From: an uncultured Clostridia bacterium
GTDB taxonomy: Bacteria > Bacillota > Clostridia > TANB77 > CAG-508
Direction: 5' to 3'
Length of the DNA: 64,000 nucleotides
Assembly (NCBI GenBank): GCA_934120395.1
Contig: CAKOTZ010000001.1
Location: 63,065-127,064, forward strand
Both the position numbers and the translations under genes were made by a program. This document shows positions 30,341 to 40,900 of the stretch, piece by piece; the stretch's first letter is position 1, and the number at the start of each line of letters is the position of its first letter. The notes beneath the pieces were generated by a model, which worked only from the letters and a program-made list of their open reading frames with translations, did no database searches and had not been told where the DNA came from.

Positions 30341-33300
30341 GAAAGCTAATGAAGTGGCAAATGGAAAAATTGATGTTATGTCAGAAAAAATAGTTGATAT
30401 GGCATTAAGTCCATTATATGATGAAATTGAAAATTTAACAGCAGATATTCCAGCTATAGGCAAAATTGCGAAACAAGTACTTAGCAAATATGGTAAATAT
30501 CAAGAAGCAGACAAAATAGCAAACACACTAAAAGACCAAATAACTAAAAGCAACAGTGAAAGAGTGAAGGATAAATTAAATAAAGACAATAAAGATGCTA
30601 ATGGAAATATTGATAATACTAAACCAAATTTCAATTGGGAGTATGAAACATATTATGCAACTTTAGAAGTACTATCTGTTGAAGCTACAAAACTGACAAA
30701 TGATTTTTTAGATAAAGCTAACCAATACATAGCTGAGAAATTAGGTGGAAAAATAGGAAAAGATTTAGCAGATACCTTAACTTCATATTTTAAAGGTAAT
30801 ATCCAAGCATACATGGATGGAAATATGTTGAAATGGAAAGATACTTTATGGGATTCAACACATAAAACGCTATCTGAAGAAGAATTTAATCAATTATATG
30901 GTGCTGTTGAAAAGGAATTTAAAAATGTAGAAGATGCAATGATAGAAGATGCACAAAAAAAAGTTGATATTATGGTTCAAGAAGCTAAAATTCAAATGAA
31001 TGATAAATTTGCTCAAATAAGGGCAGAAGCTCTAGTAAAAATTACAAATAGTATGTCAGATATGGCTACAGATTTTGCAGGAAGACTATTTAGTCAAGTT
31101 ACTGATAAATCAAATAAACTAGGAAGTAATTTAGGAAAAATTGGAAATGCTTGTGTAACTAACATTACTAATCAAGTTACAAATTGGGCAACAGGTGAAA
31201 TACAAAAATTTGTAGTCAAAACTATGACAGATTTCTTTTTTGGAAGCATGGGGGGACAAAGTTTATTTAATGTTGCAGGGCTAAAATTTGAAGGGCTAAA
31301 AATAGACTGGACTTCTGTTGCTATTGATGTATTAATATCGTGCTTTGAAGATAATGAAACAGTGCAAATTTTAGCAAGTTTAGGAATATTATATTTTTTT
31401 AACACAATTACTTTTCATGATACTGGGTATGACACATATAATAATATGTATTATATGTTTTCAACTTTAGGAAATTGGTTAATACCAACCTTAAAAGGGT
31501 CAGCATCTTATGGAGCACCAAGAATTCAGGGATTGGCTCCAACACAATTTCAAGACTGGTTTGATGCTACTTTAAGAGTAATGCCAGGGATAGGAATACC
31601 AGTTATAAATAGATTGGAAGTACCAATTGTATTTAATGAATTAAGTAACATGGGATTATTTTCAGCTTGGGTCCTTTATCCGGGGCCAATATTGATAGAT
31701 TATTTACCTTACAATGCTATAACAAATACATATAGTAGTTTCATTCCAATTAGTTCAAAAAGAATTGGAGGAGAAAGCACATATTTAAGTGATGCAGCAT
31801 ATATACTATGTGAAATGGATTCAAATTACTGTGCAGATTCGTATGTTCAACGTGCTTTATCACAAACAGGAATATATAGAGGAGCAACTTATGAAGAAGA
31901 TTATATGTCGGAGGCCTTGAATGCGGAAGCTGCAAAGTATTCAAGCTTTAGAGAACAAGCGTCATCTTATAATGGATATGTAAATTCAATACAAGATAAT
32001 ACTGAAACAGCGAAGGTATTATATGACAGATGGAATTCTGCATACATATTTGGCCCGTTTAAAGTAGATTATATACATGATTTTGTGTATACAGATTTAA
32101 GAGGTAAAGTAGATTTTGGATTTATATATGATATGGAGATATATGACCAAGATGGGAATAAAATAGATAAAAACTATTGGAATATAACTTTTTCGGATGA
32201 TACTAAGCTAGATAGATTAACAAATGATGAAGACTATAATTTTCCGTATCCAAATGAAGAATTTTATATTGAATTAATGAATTATGGAGATAATAATATA
32301 CAGAGTATTAGTAAAATAGAAATTAAATATAAAGAAATGCAAGCGCAAGCATCATATCAAGATTTGCTAAGTTGGTATTATATGGGAATGTGGCATGAAT
32401 ATATTAACAAAGTTAAATTTTATACAGGTGCTTCAACCTGGATATGGCATTTTGAACATTATTTTACATATGCAGATATAGCACAAATAAATAAATCAGC
32501 GATTACGGTAGATAACGCTGTAAAATATTATTTACACCACACACAAACAATAACTTTACAAAAAAATCCTAGCCATGGAGGATATGAAACAGAAACATTT
32601 ACAACTACAAGTACAACTGTAACTGATGGAAGAACGGAACTTTCAAATGTAAATGGTGGTAAATTAAATAGTTCATTAAGAGAATCTTTAACAGCTGCTT
32701 ATGCACTGTATAAATATTCACATCCAGATGAGGAAAACGAAGAAGAAAAAGCACAAAAAGAAAAAGAGACAGCTGAGCAGAAACAAAAAATGCAGGATGC
32801 AATAGATGCTAGAGAAAAGCAAATATATGATGAGTATTATGGAAAAATAGAAGAAATAGGAATGAACAATCCAAAAGCAACAGAAAAAGCAAAAAATAAG
32901 CTTTTGTCAGATTTAAGACATCTAGAAAGTCAGAAACTTGCATTGAATAATTTATCACAACTTTATAAAACTAATAATAATAAAACAACTTTAGAGAAAA
33001 GATTAGAATCATTATCACCAACATTAAATACTATAAACAATGCGTTTGCAAGCATGGCAAACTTTAATCCAATGAAAGATGGATTAGAAGTTGTGTTAAA
33101 GAATTTGAATGTTAACAAAGATTTAATGAAGGTATATAACGTATATAATGTTTTGAATTCAAATTACATGACTGATTTGGTTAAAACAATGTATGTTGCA
33201 AATACATTAATAGATTCAAAAGAAGGAAAATATATAATTAATGCTGTAGGAACTATAACAGCTTTTGCAAATCATAATGGTGGAGATATACTTGGAATGT

Positions 33301-36300
33301 TATCAGTTGTTGCTTCATCATTAGGAAAAACTGAATATGCAAATAGTATAAATAATTTAACAAAAATGGTTAGTGGTTTAGATAGTAAAACCATGAAAAT
33401 TGCAACAAAAGTATATTGGGAAGCATTAAATTACAAGGGCGACGATATGGAAAAACATATTAAGGATTTAGTTAATAAGTATGGAGAAGGACTAAATGAA
33501 AAAGAAAAACAAGAGGCAATTAAATCTGCAATTAAAATGGTAAACTATACAGACAATAACTCTGATTTAGGAGACCTAAGCGGTTATGCACAAAAAGCAC
33601 AAAATACTATTGATAAATTAACTGGATATAAAAGAGAAAACAAAGATACAGAGAAGAAAGAGGAAACAAACAGTAAAAAAGAGACAACAAATAGTGAAAA
33701 CGAAAAAACAAATAACCAAAAGAGTGCAATGGAAAATGGACTAGAAGTAATTAAAGGTATTGCTGGAAAAGACAGTGATATAACGAAGACAATAGATAAA
33801 TCAGAGAGTTTCTTCCGTGGTACATCTAATACATCTAAAGATGAATTTTGGTCTACTTTGATTGTAGCGGCACAAGAAATGGCTAACGGAAAATCAAAAG
33901 AAGATGCAATGGAAAAAGCTATTAAAATATCTAAGTCGAATGATCAAGCAAATGTTATAAACAAATATATCGAAGCAACAGATAGTATGACTGCTGACCA
34001 AGTTAAAGAACTAGTAAGTCAATTAAGTAAAAGTTCTAATATGGACGGAATAGAAGCTGTTTTAAATACAGCACTTGAAAGAAATGCTAAAATGTCAGAC
34101 GAAGAAAAGACAGAAGCCGAAACAAGACCTTATGCAGATACATTAGCAGAACTTACTGTTCTTGAAGATGCTACACCATATATTGAATATAGTCCTAAAT
34201 TTTCAATTACTAATATAGATAGACCAAATGAAGTGTATTGGGCAAATGATGATGAATTGGGCATGACAATTGGTGTTGCTGGTGCAGTATGGAAAGATGG
34301 ACATAGTGGATTAGAAACAGACTACGATGGTATTAGAGGAGCTAATGCAAATGGTGACCTAGAATTAGGACTTGAAGGAATAAAAGTAACATTAGTAGAT
34401 AGAATAACAGGACAGACAGGAAAAATGTATAATAGTAGTGGAAGAAAGGTAGATGCTACAACATACACAGACTCAGGTGGATATTATCATATTGAAAGAG
34501 TACCAGTAGGAGAATATGATGTAGTATTTGAATACGATGGACAAACATATAAGGCAACCGATTATTTAGCTGGTGGAGGTATATTAGAATATCTAGATGA
34601 GCCAGACCTAGACACTTATGATAACAATTCAAAAGCAATTGAAAATGCAAGTGAAAGAAGAAGATTTAATGAACGCTTTAATGAAATTGTAAATGGATAT
34701 GCAATAGGAAAAGACGGAACAAAAACTGCACTTGCCTATGACAAATCAGGTGGAGAAAGCAAATTAATTACGCTAGATGATGCAGGACACGTTTTACCAC
34801 AGTTTGCAATGCATGCAAGTACGGCACTACTTGGAATAACATATCCAATTGATGATCAATTCTCATTAGATAATGAAGATACAACAATTATTTTAAATGG
34901 AAATAAATTAACATTCCATAAAGCTGGAGAATATATGTACCATGTTAACCTAGGATTAATTGAAAGGGCTAAGGCAGACTTAGCAGTAACACAAGATGTA
35001 TACACAGTAGATACAACTATAAATCAAAAACAGGAAACATATTATTATGATTTAAGAAATCCAGCAAATATATTTGATGCAAAATTGCAACAAACAAGTG
35101 CATATAGAGATATTTCATATACACGTGAGTTATATAAGGCTGATTATCAATTTAGAATAGATGATTACCAATATAACGAATTAAATCAATTAGACAGAAA
35201 TGAAGACGACAAGAAAGATGAAATAGCAGAAATTCAGAGAATAAAATGGAACAGTGAGGCTTGGGAAGAAAGAGTATTTGTTACTTACAAGCTTACAATT
35301 AAAAATCAATCGTTGCTACAAAAGGCATCTGTTAATGAATTAGTAGATTACTTTGATGGAAATTACAGTTTAGTTCCAGAAGATCTATATATGGATATTC
35401 AAGACGAAGAAGGAAAGCCACAACGTAAATTGGTTGCAAAACAATCATACTACGAATTAAATAGTGGAGAAACTGGAAAGATTACATGGACAGCAAATAG
35501 CAAAACGGGAGGAGCAGAACTTTATCCAGGATTTAATACAATGTATACAACAGGATTAGAAAACATACTATTAAGTTCGCATGACACAATAGATGTATAT
35601 GTAACTTTTGAAGTAGATAAAGGTCAAAATGATGCTCTAGAACTTGGCGAAAAACAAAACGTAATGGAAATTACAAATTATTCAACATTTGAAAGAAGTG
35701 CAACAGACAAAAATGATCCAGAAGGATTAATAGACAAAGACTCAGAGCCAGGAAATAGTAATCCATATTATATGGATGCTTATGAAGATGACAATGATGC
35801 AGCACCAGTTCTAAACTTGAAACTATATGAAAATGATGGCAGAACATTAGATGGATATGTATGGAATGATACACGCAATAAACTATTAAAAACTGGACAA
35901 TTAGTTGGAAACGGTATAATGGATGACGGCGAAGAAAAAATAGACGGAGTTAGAGTGCAATTAGTTGAAAAAATAGATGACCCAGATACTGGAGAGGAAT
36001 ATGAATATGTATGGAAAGAAATTTACACTGGAGAAGATAGATATAGTTTTGTACAACATGGTGGTGCAGTAGCAAATGGAGCAGGACAGGTAAATGACTA
36101 TGGAAGTATAACTACAGATACTACAATGGGTAGTGTAAATGAAGGTCAATATAAATTTAATGAATATATTGCAGGAAACTTTATTGTAAGATTCATTTAT
36201 GGTGATACACCAAAAACATATCTTGCAGAAGGATATGAAAATAGTGAAGGCGAAGGAAAGAACGATGTTTCATATAATGGACAAGATTACAAATCTACAA

Positions 36301-37781
36301 CATATAATATGGGTTATGATGTGAATAATAAGTGGTATGATCTATCTAATTGGTTAAATATTGATAGAAGAATATCAGATGCAAAAGATGATCAAACTAG
36401 AAGATTAAAAGTTATTGAATATGGAAGTAACCTTACAAATAAAAAAGCTGAAATATTATCATCTTTCGACGGTAGAGCAGACAAGAAATATTATGATACA
36501 ACAAAACACCAAGCATTAAGAGACAATACATGGATGTTTGCTGATACTGCAAGATTCAATATTGAAGGCGAATATAACGAAACTTTAATAGATGGTAAAG
36601 AGCAATATGTATATCAAATCAAGAATATTGACTTTGGCTTAGAGCAAAGACCAGAAACTAAAGTTGAGTTAAAGAAAGAAATTACAAGCATTAGATTAAC
36701 CTTGGCAAATGGAGAAACAATAATAGATACAGCAAATGGAGTTGTACAAAATGTAAACTGGGTAGCTTCTAAGAAGAATGCTGTAATAAAACAAAATGTT
36801 TACAAAAGAGAAACAAAGAAATACGAATACACACAAGGTAAAATTCATGTTTACATGGATGAAGAAATTATGCAAGGTGCAAAATTAGAAATAGATTATC
36901 GTATTACAGTTACAAATGATAGTCAAATTGATTATACAGGTAGTGACGGTAGTCTAGGTGATACTTACTATACAGGACAAGAAAGTAGCTCAGATAAAAT
37001 TGCTACCACAAAAATTAATAAGATTATTGATTACGTTGATAACAGCTTAGTATTTAGAAAAGTTGATAATTCAGACTGGTATTTAGTTGAAAATATGCAA
37101 GAGTTTATACCAGACAATATAATTAAAGAACAAGAAGAGCAATTAAAACAAAACGAAGAAATTCAGAAACGTTTACTTGAAAATTACTTGAATGCAAAAC
37201 GAGCTCAATATGGGGCAGATTTTGTTGAAAAGAATTACGATAAGTTGAAGGAAGAATTTGAAAAAGAGCAATCAAGTAAGAAAGATATTGTTGAAGAACA
37301 AACAAGACTAGATAATACAGAAGTTCTAAAATACATGAAGGAAAAAGGATATTTGAATCCAGACTTGAGTATAGTGCAAACTAAATCAGCAAGAACAGAA
37401 AAACAACCAATTACCCAAGTAATTGCAACTAGATCATTAGAGAAGAATGAATTAAAACCAGGACAATCAACAACTGTGGATTTAACATTGGCTAAAACCT
37501 TGTCGCCAAATGATGATGCAGACTCATTATCATACCGTAATATTGCAGAAATTTTGGAAATAAGCAATAGTGCAGGAAGACGAGATATGGATGCTGTACC
37601 CGGAAATCAAGATCCAGACAATGTGCCACAAGAATATGATAGTGATTTTACAGAACAAGTAATTATTACACCACCAACAGGTCAAAATAAAGCTTATTAC
37701 TTTGTACTTGCAACAGTTGTACTAGTAATCTTAACAGTTGGAATTATAGTTATTAAAAAAAGAGTACTAGACAGAAAATAA
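30279..37781 (+). CDS. Giant type A cell-surface protein (2500 aa as called; about 2630 aa once fused to 29882..30340). Has a unique N-terminal region of about 1270 aa, CnaB/SdrD-B domains and a DUF11-like C-terminal module, and ends in PPTGQ followed by a TM helix and basic tail
   Basis: CnaB-like VAGAVWKDGHSGLETDYDGIRG...GIKVTLVD...GGYYHIERVPVGEYDVVFEY and GYVWNDTRNK..DGVRVQLVE. C-terminus VIITPPTGQNKAYYFVLATVVLVILTVGIIVIKKRVLDRK. Paralogous to the 801 and 43237 genes from the middle onward. Confidence 0.75.
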   Translation: MKDGLGKCGQSYAKRYPDIYKKANEVANGKIDVMSEKIVDMALSPLYDEIENLTADIPAIGKIAKQVLSKYGKYQEADKIANTLKDQITKSNSERVKDKLNKDNKDANGNIDNTKPNFNWEYETYYATLEVLSVEATKLTNDFLDKANQYIAEKLGGKIGKDLADTLTSYFKGNIQAYMDGNMLKWKDTLWDSTHKTLSEEEFNQLYGAVEKEFKNVEDAMIEDAQKKVDIMVQEAKIQMNDKFAQIRAEALVKITNSMSDMATDFAGRLFSQVTDKSNKLGSNLGKIGNACVTNITNQVTNWATGEIQKFVVKTMTDFFFGSMGGQSLFNVAGLKFEGLKIDWTSVAIDVLISCFEDNETVQILASLGILYFFNTITFHDTGYDTYNNMYYMFSTLGNWLIPTLKGSASYGAPRIQGLAPTQFQDWFDATLRVMPGIGIPVINRLEVPIVFNELSNMGLFSAWVLYPGPILIDYLPYNAITNTYSSFIPISSKRIGGESTYLSDAAYILCEMDSNYCADSYVQRALSQTGIYRGATYEEDYMSEALNAEAAKYSSFREQASSYNGYVNSIQDNTETAKVLYDRWNSAYIFGPFKVDYIHDFVYTDLRGKVDFGFIYDMEIYDQDGNKIDKNYWNITFSDDTKLDRLTNDEDYNFPYPNEEFYIELMNYGDNNIQSISKIEIKYKEMQAQASYQDLLSWYYMGMWHEYINKVKFYTGASTWIWHFEHYFTYADIAQINKSAITVDNAVKYYLHHTQTITLQKNPSHGGYETETFTTTSTTVTDGRTELSNVNGGKLNSSLRESLTAAYALYKYSHPDEENEEEKAQKEKETAEQKQKMQDAIDAREKQIYDEYYGKIEEIGMNNPKATEKAKNKLLSDLRHLESQKLALNNLSQLYKTNNNKTTLEKRLESLSPTLNTINNAFASMANFNPMKDGLEVVLKNLNVNKDLMKVYNVYNVLNSNYMTDLVKTMYVANTLIDSKEGKYIINAVGTITAFANHNGGDILGMLSVVASSLGKTEYANSINNLTKMVSGLDSKTMKIATKVYWEALNYKGDDMEKHIKDLVNKYGEGLNEKEKQEAIKSAIKMVNYTDNNSDLGDLSGYAQKAQNTIDKLTGYKRENKDTEKKEETNSKKETTNSENEKTNNQKSAMENGLEVIKGIAGKDSDITKTIDKSESFFRGTSNTSKDEFWSTLIVAAQEMANGKSKEDAMEKAIKISKSNDQANVINKYIEATDSMTADQVKELVSQLSKSSNMDGIEAVLNTALERNAKMSDEEKTEAETRPYADTLAELTVLEDATPYIEYSPKFSITNIDRPNEVYWANDDELGMTIGVAGAVWKDGHSGLETDYDGIRGANANGDLELGLEGIKVTLVDRITGQTGKMYNSSGRKVDATTYTDSGGYYHIERVPVGEYDVVFEYDGQTYKATDYLAGGGILEYLDEPDLDTYDNNSKAIENASERRRFNERFNEIVNGYAIGKDGTKTALAYDKSGGESKLITLDDAGHVLPQFAMHASTALLGITYPIDDQFSLDNEDTTIILNGNKLTFHKAGEYMYHVNLGLIERAKADLAVTQDVYTVDTTINQKQETYYYDLRNPANIFDAKLQQTSAYRDISYTRELYKADYQFRIDDYQYNELNQLDRNEDDKKDEIAEIQRIKWNSEAWEERVFVTYKLTIKNQSLLQKASVNELVDYFDGNYSLVPEDLYMDIQDEEGKPQRKLVAKQSYYELNSGETGKITWTANSKTGGAELYPGFNTMYTTGLENILLSSHDTIDVYVTFEVDKGQNDALELGEKQNVMEITNYSTFERSATDKNDPEGLIDKDSEPGNSNPYYMDAYEDDNDAAPVLNLKLYENDGRTLDGYVWNDTRNKLLKTGQLVGNGIMDDGEEKIDGVRVQLVEKIDDPDTGEEYEYVWKEIYTGEDRYSFVQHGGAVANGAGQVNDYGSITTDTTMGSVNEGQYKFNEYIAGNFIVRFIYGDTPKTYLAEGYENSEGEGKNDVSYNGQDYKSTTYNMGYDVNNKWYDLSNWLNIDRRISDAKDDQTRRLKVIEYGSNLTNKKAEILSSFDGRADKKYYDTTKHQALRDNTWMFADTARFNIEGEYNETLIDGKEQYVYQIKNIDFGLEQRPETKVELKKEITSIRLTLANGETIIDTANGVVQNVNWVASKKNAVIKQNVYKRETKKYEYTQGKIHVYMDEEIMQGAKLEIDYRITVTNDSQIDYTGSDGSLGDTYYTGQESSSDKIATTKINKIIDYVDNSLVFRKVDNSDWYLVENMQEFIPDNIIKEQEEQLKQNEEIQKRLLENYLNAKRAQYGADFVEKNYDKLKEEFEKEQSSKKDIVEEQTRLDNTEVLKYMKEKGYLNPDLSIVQTKSARTEKQPITQVIATRSLEKNELKPGQSTTVDLTLAKTLSPNDDADSLSYRNIAEILEISNSAGRRDMDAVPGNQDPDNVPQEYDSDFTEQVIITPPTGQNKAYYFVLATVVLVILTVGIIVIKKRVLDRK

Positions 37782-37873
37782 AATGTGTAGGTGGACGTAT
37801 TTTGAATACGCCCACTTAACATTTAAAAAACAATAAAAAGGTTCTAAAAATTGCGAAAAATTGGAAAAAACTA

Positions 37874-37902
37874 TTGAAAAAGTTTACATAAGAATGTATA
37901 AT
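37874..37902 (+). promoter_or_regulatory. Candidate sigma-A promoter for the second type B giant gene
   Basis: TTGAAA, then a 17-nt spacer, then TATAAT, about 70 nt upstream of the start. Confidence 0.35.
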
Positions 37903-37974
37903 ATATGTTAGGTACGTAGATTGCGTGCTTTAATATGTAAAAACATAAAGAGCTTTTATTTGGGAGGAAAAAAT

Positions 37975-40900
37975 ATGCGAAAAAAGAGGGGAAATGTAAC
38001 TGAACTAAAAGTTATAAAAGTTATGGTAGCCATATTGTTAATTTTAAGTTTAACAAGTGGAAATTTCTTTTTATTAGGAAAAGAAGTAGTAGCTATGGCA
38101 ATTAGTCAAGATTTAGATACACAGACAGCAGATACCATAAATAAAAATGTTAAATTTGATACATTCTTTAAAAACGATAATGGGAATAATACACATTATC
38201 TAGTTTACGATGTAAATGGAAATCTAGAAGATATGTATATGAATTTATCTGTAAAAGATGGATATTTAAAGAATGCAAGCATCGAATTTGCTGATCAAAA
38301 TTACAGTATTCAAAACATTGTGGATGAAGGCCAAATGCTACAAGAGGCAACAAATGAAAAGTTAAGTTTAAAACAGGTAAATACAAATACGGATATTTCT
38401 TTACAAGCTAGAATAGGTTCTATTATTGGAGAAACAATGAAAATAGATGATATCCAAAAAGAGAGCAAAGTAATTTTAAAAGGAACTTATGTTGATAATT
38501 TAGGCAAGGAAAATCCAATTGAAAAAGAAGTTAAAATTTGTGTAGGACTAAAGCAAGATGTTCAAGCAGAATTAACACAAGAACTTGCTTCATATTTTTC
38601 ATTTAAAAATAATGGAGAGGACAAATTTTTAGTACGCATTAGTGCCAAAGTATCCTTAGGTAAGCAAGAAAATAATTTACCAAGAAAAGAAACACAGCTT
38701 ACTATCCAAGTTCCTACTTTAAATGGAATAGCACCAGAAAGTGTAAATGTTTTACCTAAAAATACATCAATGACTAATGGTGAACAAGAAGAAAAAATAG
38801 TTTATTCAAATAGTCAAGTAAACTATGATAAAGATAAAAAAATCGTTACTATGACTGTAGAAAATAAAGAAACTGACCAAAAATTATGGTCTGGAAATGG
38901 ACAAGATGAATACATTATTAGTTATGTATATCCAAAGGGAGCTATAACAGCTGAAACAAATAAATTTGTTTCTAAGGCAGAAGCAAATATAACTATGTAT
39001 CAAGCAGAAAGTGAAAAAGAGGTAAAAGCAAACAATCAAGTAGAAATTACTTTAGATAAGGAAGTTGGAACTCCTCTTACATTAGAAATGACAGCAGAAG
39101 ATTCTATGAACAAAGGTAAAATGTATGCTAATAGTCAAAGAGAACTTAAGGAATATGACACAGAGTATAATACTGAATGGAAAATAGATGTAACTAATAA
39201 AGATATGACGGATGCAATTAGAATTGTTTCAGGTAATAGTTATTTTACAAATCAAGCTGAAAACATTTATTCTTTAAGTATTGGTAGCGACAACTACAGT
39301 AATTATAAAGAAACAAAGGTAAATAAAGAAAACTTTGAAAGAATTTTAGGACAAGATGGATATATTAATATTTTAGATGAAAAAGGAAATACAATTTCTA
39401 GTATTAATAAGAACACAAAACAAGATGAAGAGGGGAATTTAATAGTAAGTTATCCAGATAAAACTGGCAGAATTATTTTAGAAACCTCAAAACCTGTATC
39501 AGAAGGTATTTTGTATGTTAAACATAACAAAAAAATCAATGCGGATTTACCTTATAGTAAAGAGCAATTAAAAAGCTTTATTAAACTAAATGAAACAGTT
39601 CAATTAAACCAAAAACAAGCTAATAATTATAACAACATGGGTGAGACAAAGGCAGAAATTGTTTTAACTGAAACTAATACAAATGCTAATATTGTTTTGA
39701 ATAAAGATATTTTATCTACAATTGTTACTAACGAAAACGTTGAAATGAAAATTGAGTTAGATAATAATAGAAAAGATACAGATCTTTATGTAAATCCAAC
39801 ATTTTTCGTTGAATTACCAGAGTACATCGAAGATATAAATGTAAAAGAGGCAAATGTTTTATTTGATGATAATTTACAAATTCAAGAAGTTAAGAAATTA
39901 ACTCAAGATGGAAAAATAATTTTACAAATCACATTACAAGGTATGCAAGATGGATTTAGCTTAGGAAGCTTTACAAATGGTACAAATATTGTACTTACAA
40001 CTGATATAAAAGCAAAATTATTAACACCAAACAAAAGCGATGAAATAAAGTTATATTATACTAACCCAAATGCAATAAGCTATGCAAATATTGGAACTAT
40101 AGGAGAGCAAAGTTTAGGAGAGGCAAGTACTGATATTCAATTTTCTGCTCCTGCTGGAATGCTTGCTGTAAGTAGTATTACAAATTATGAATCTACTGGA
40201 AAAAATGTAATTTCTGTAAAACAAGGAACAATAACAGATAAAATTTCAATTTTTGATAATGCTAAAACAGCAAAAATGCAGGTAATGATTGTAAATAACA
40301 CAGGTAATTCTTGCAATTCAGTAGTAGCTCTTGGTAGAATTCCTTTCAAAGGAAATAAAAATATTGAATCAGATACTAATTTAGGAACAACATTAGATAC
40401 TGTATTAAAAAGTAAATTAACAGCAGATGGAATTGACGAAGATAAGGTAGAAATTTACTATTCAGAAAAAGAAGAAGCATCTAAGGATTTAAACAATACG
40501 GCGAATGCTTGGACAAAAGAACCAGAAGATCTTTCAAAGATAAAATCGTATTTAATTGTATTGAAGGATTATGAAATGCCAACTGGTCAAACTTTAAAAT
40601 TTAATTATGATTTTGAAATACCAGCAAATCTAGAACATGAAAATAGTTTATATGGAGCTTTTGGAGTTTATTTTACAAATAAAACAAATACAGGAGATAA
40701 AGAAGAAAAGGTGGTTGCTGACATTGTTGGTTTAACAACTGGTCAAGGGCCAAAACTTGCTGTAGATCAAGCTGTTTCAGTTGGAGATGGAAATCCTGTA
40801 CAAGAGGGACAAACCGTTAAAATAACAGTAAAAGTTAGTAATACAGGCTCTAGTGATATTGAAAATGTTTATGTGAAGGATTATATACCTAACTATACAA

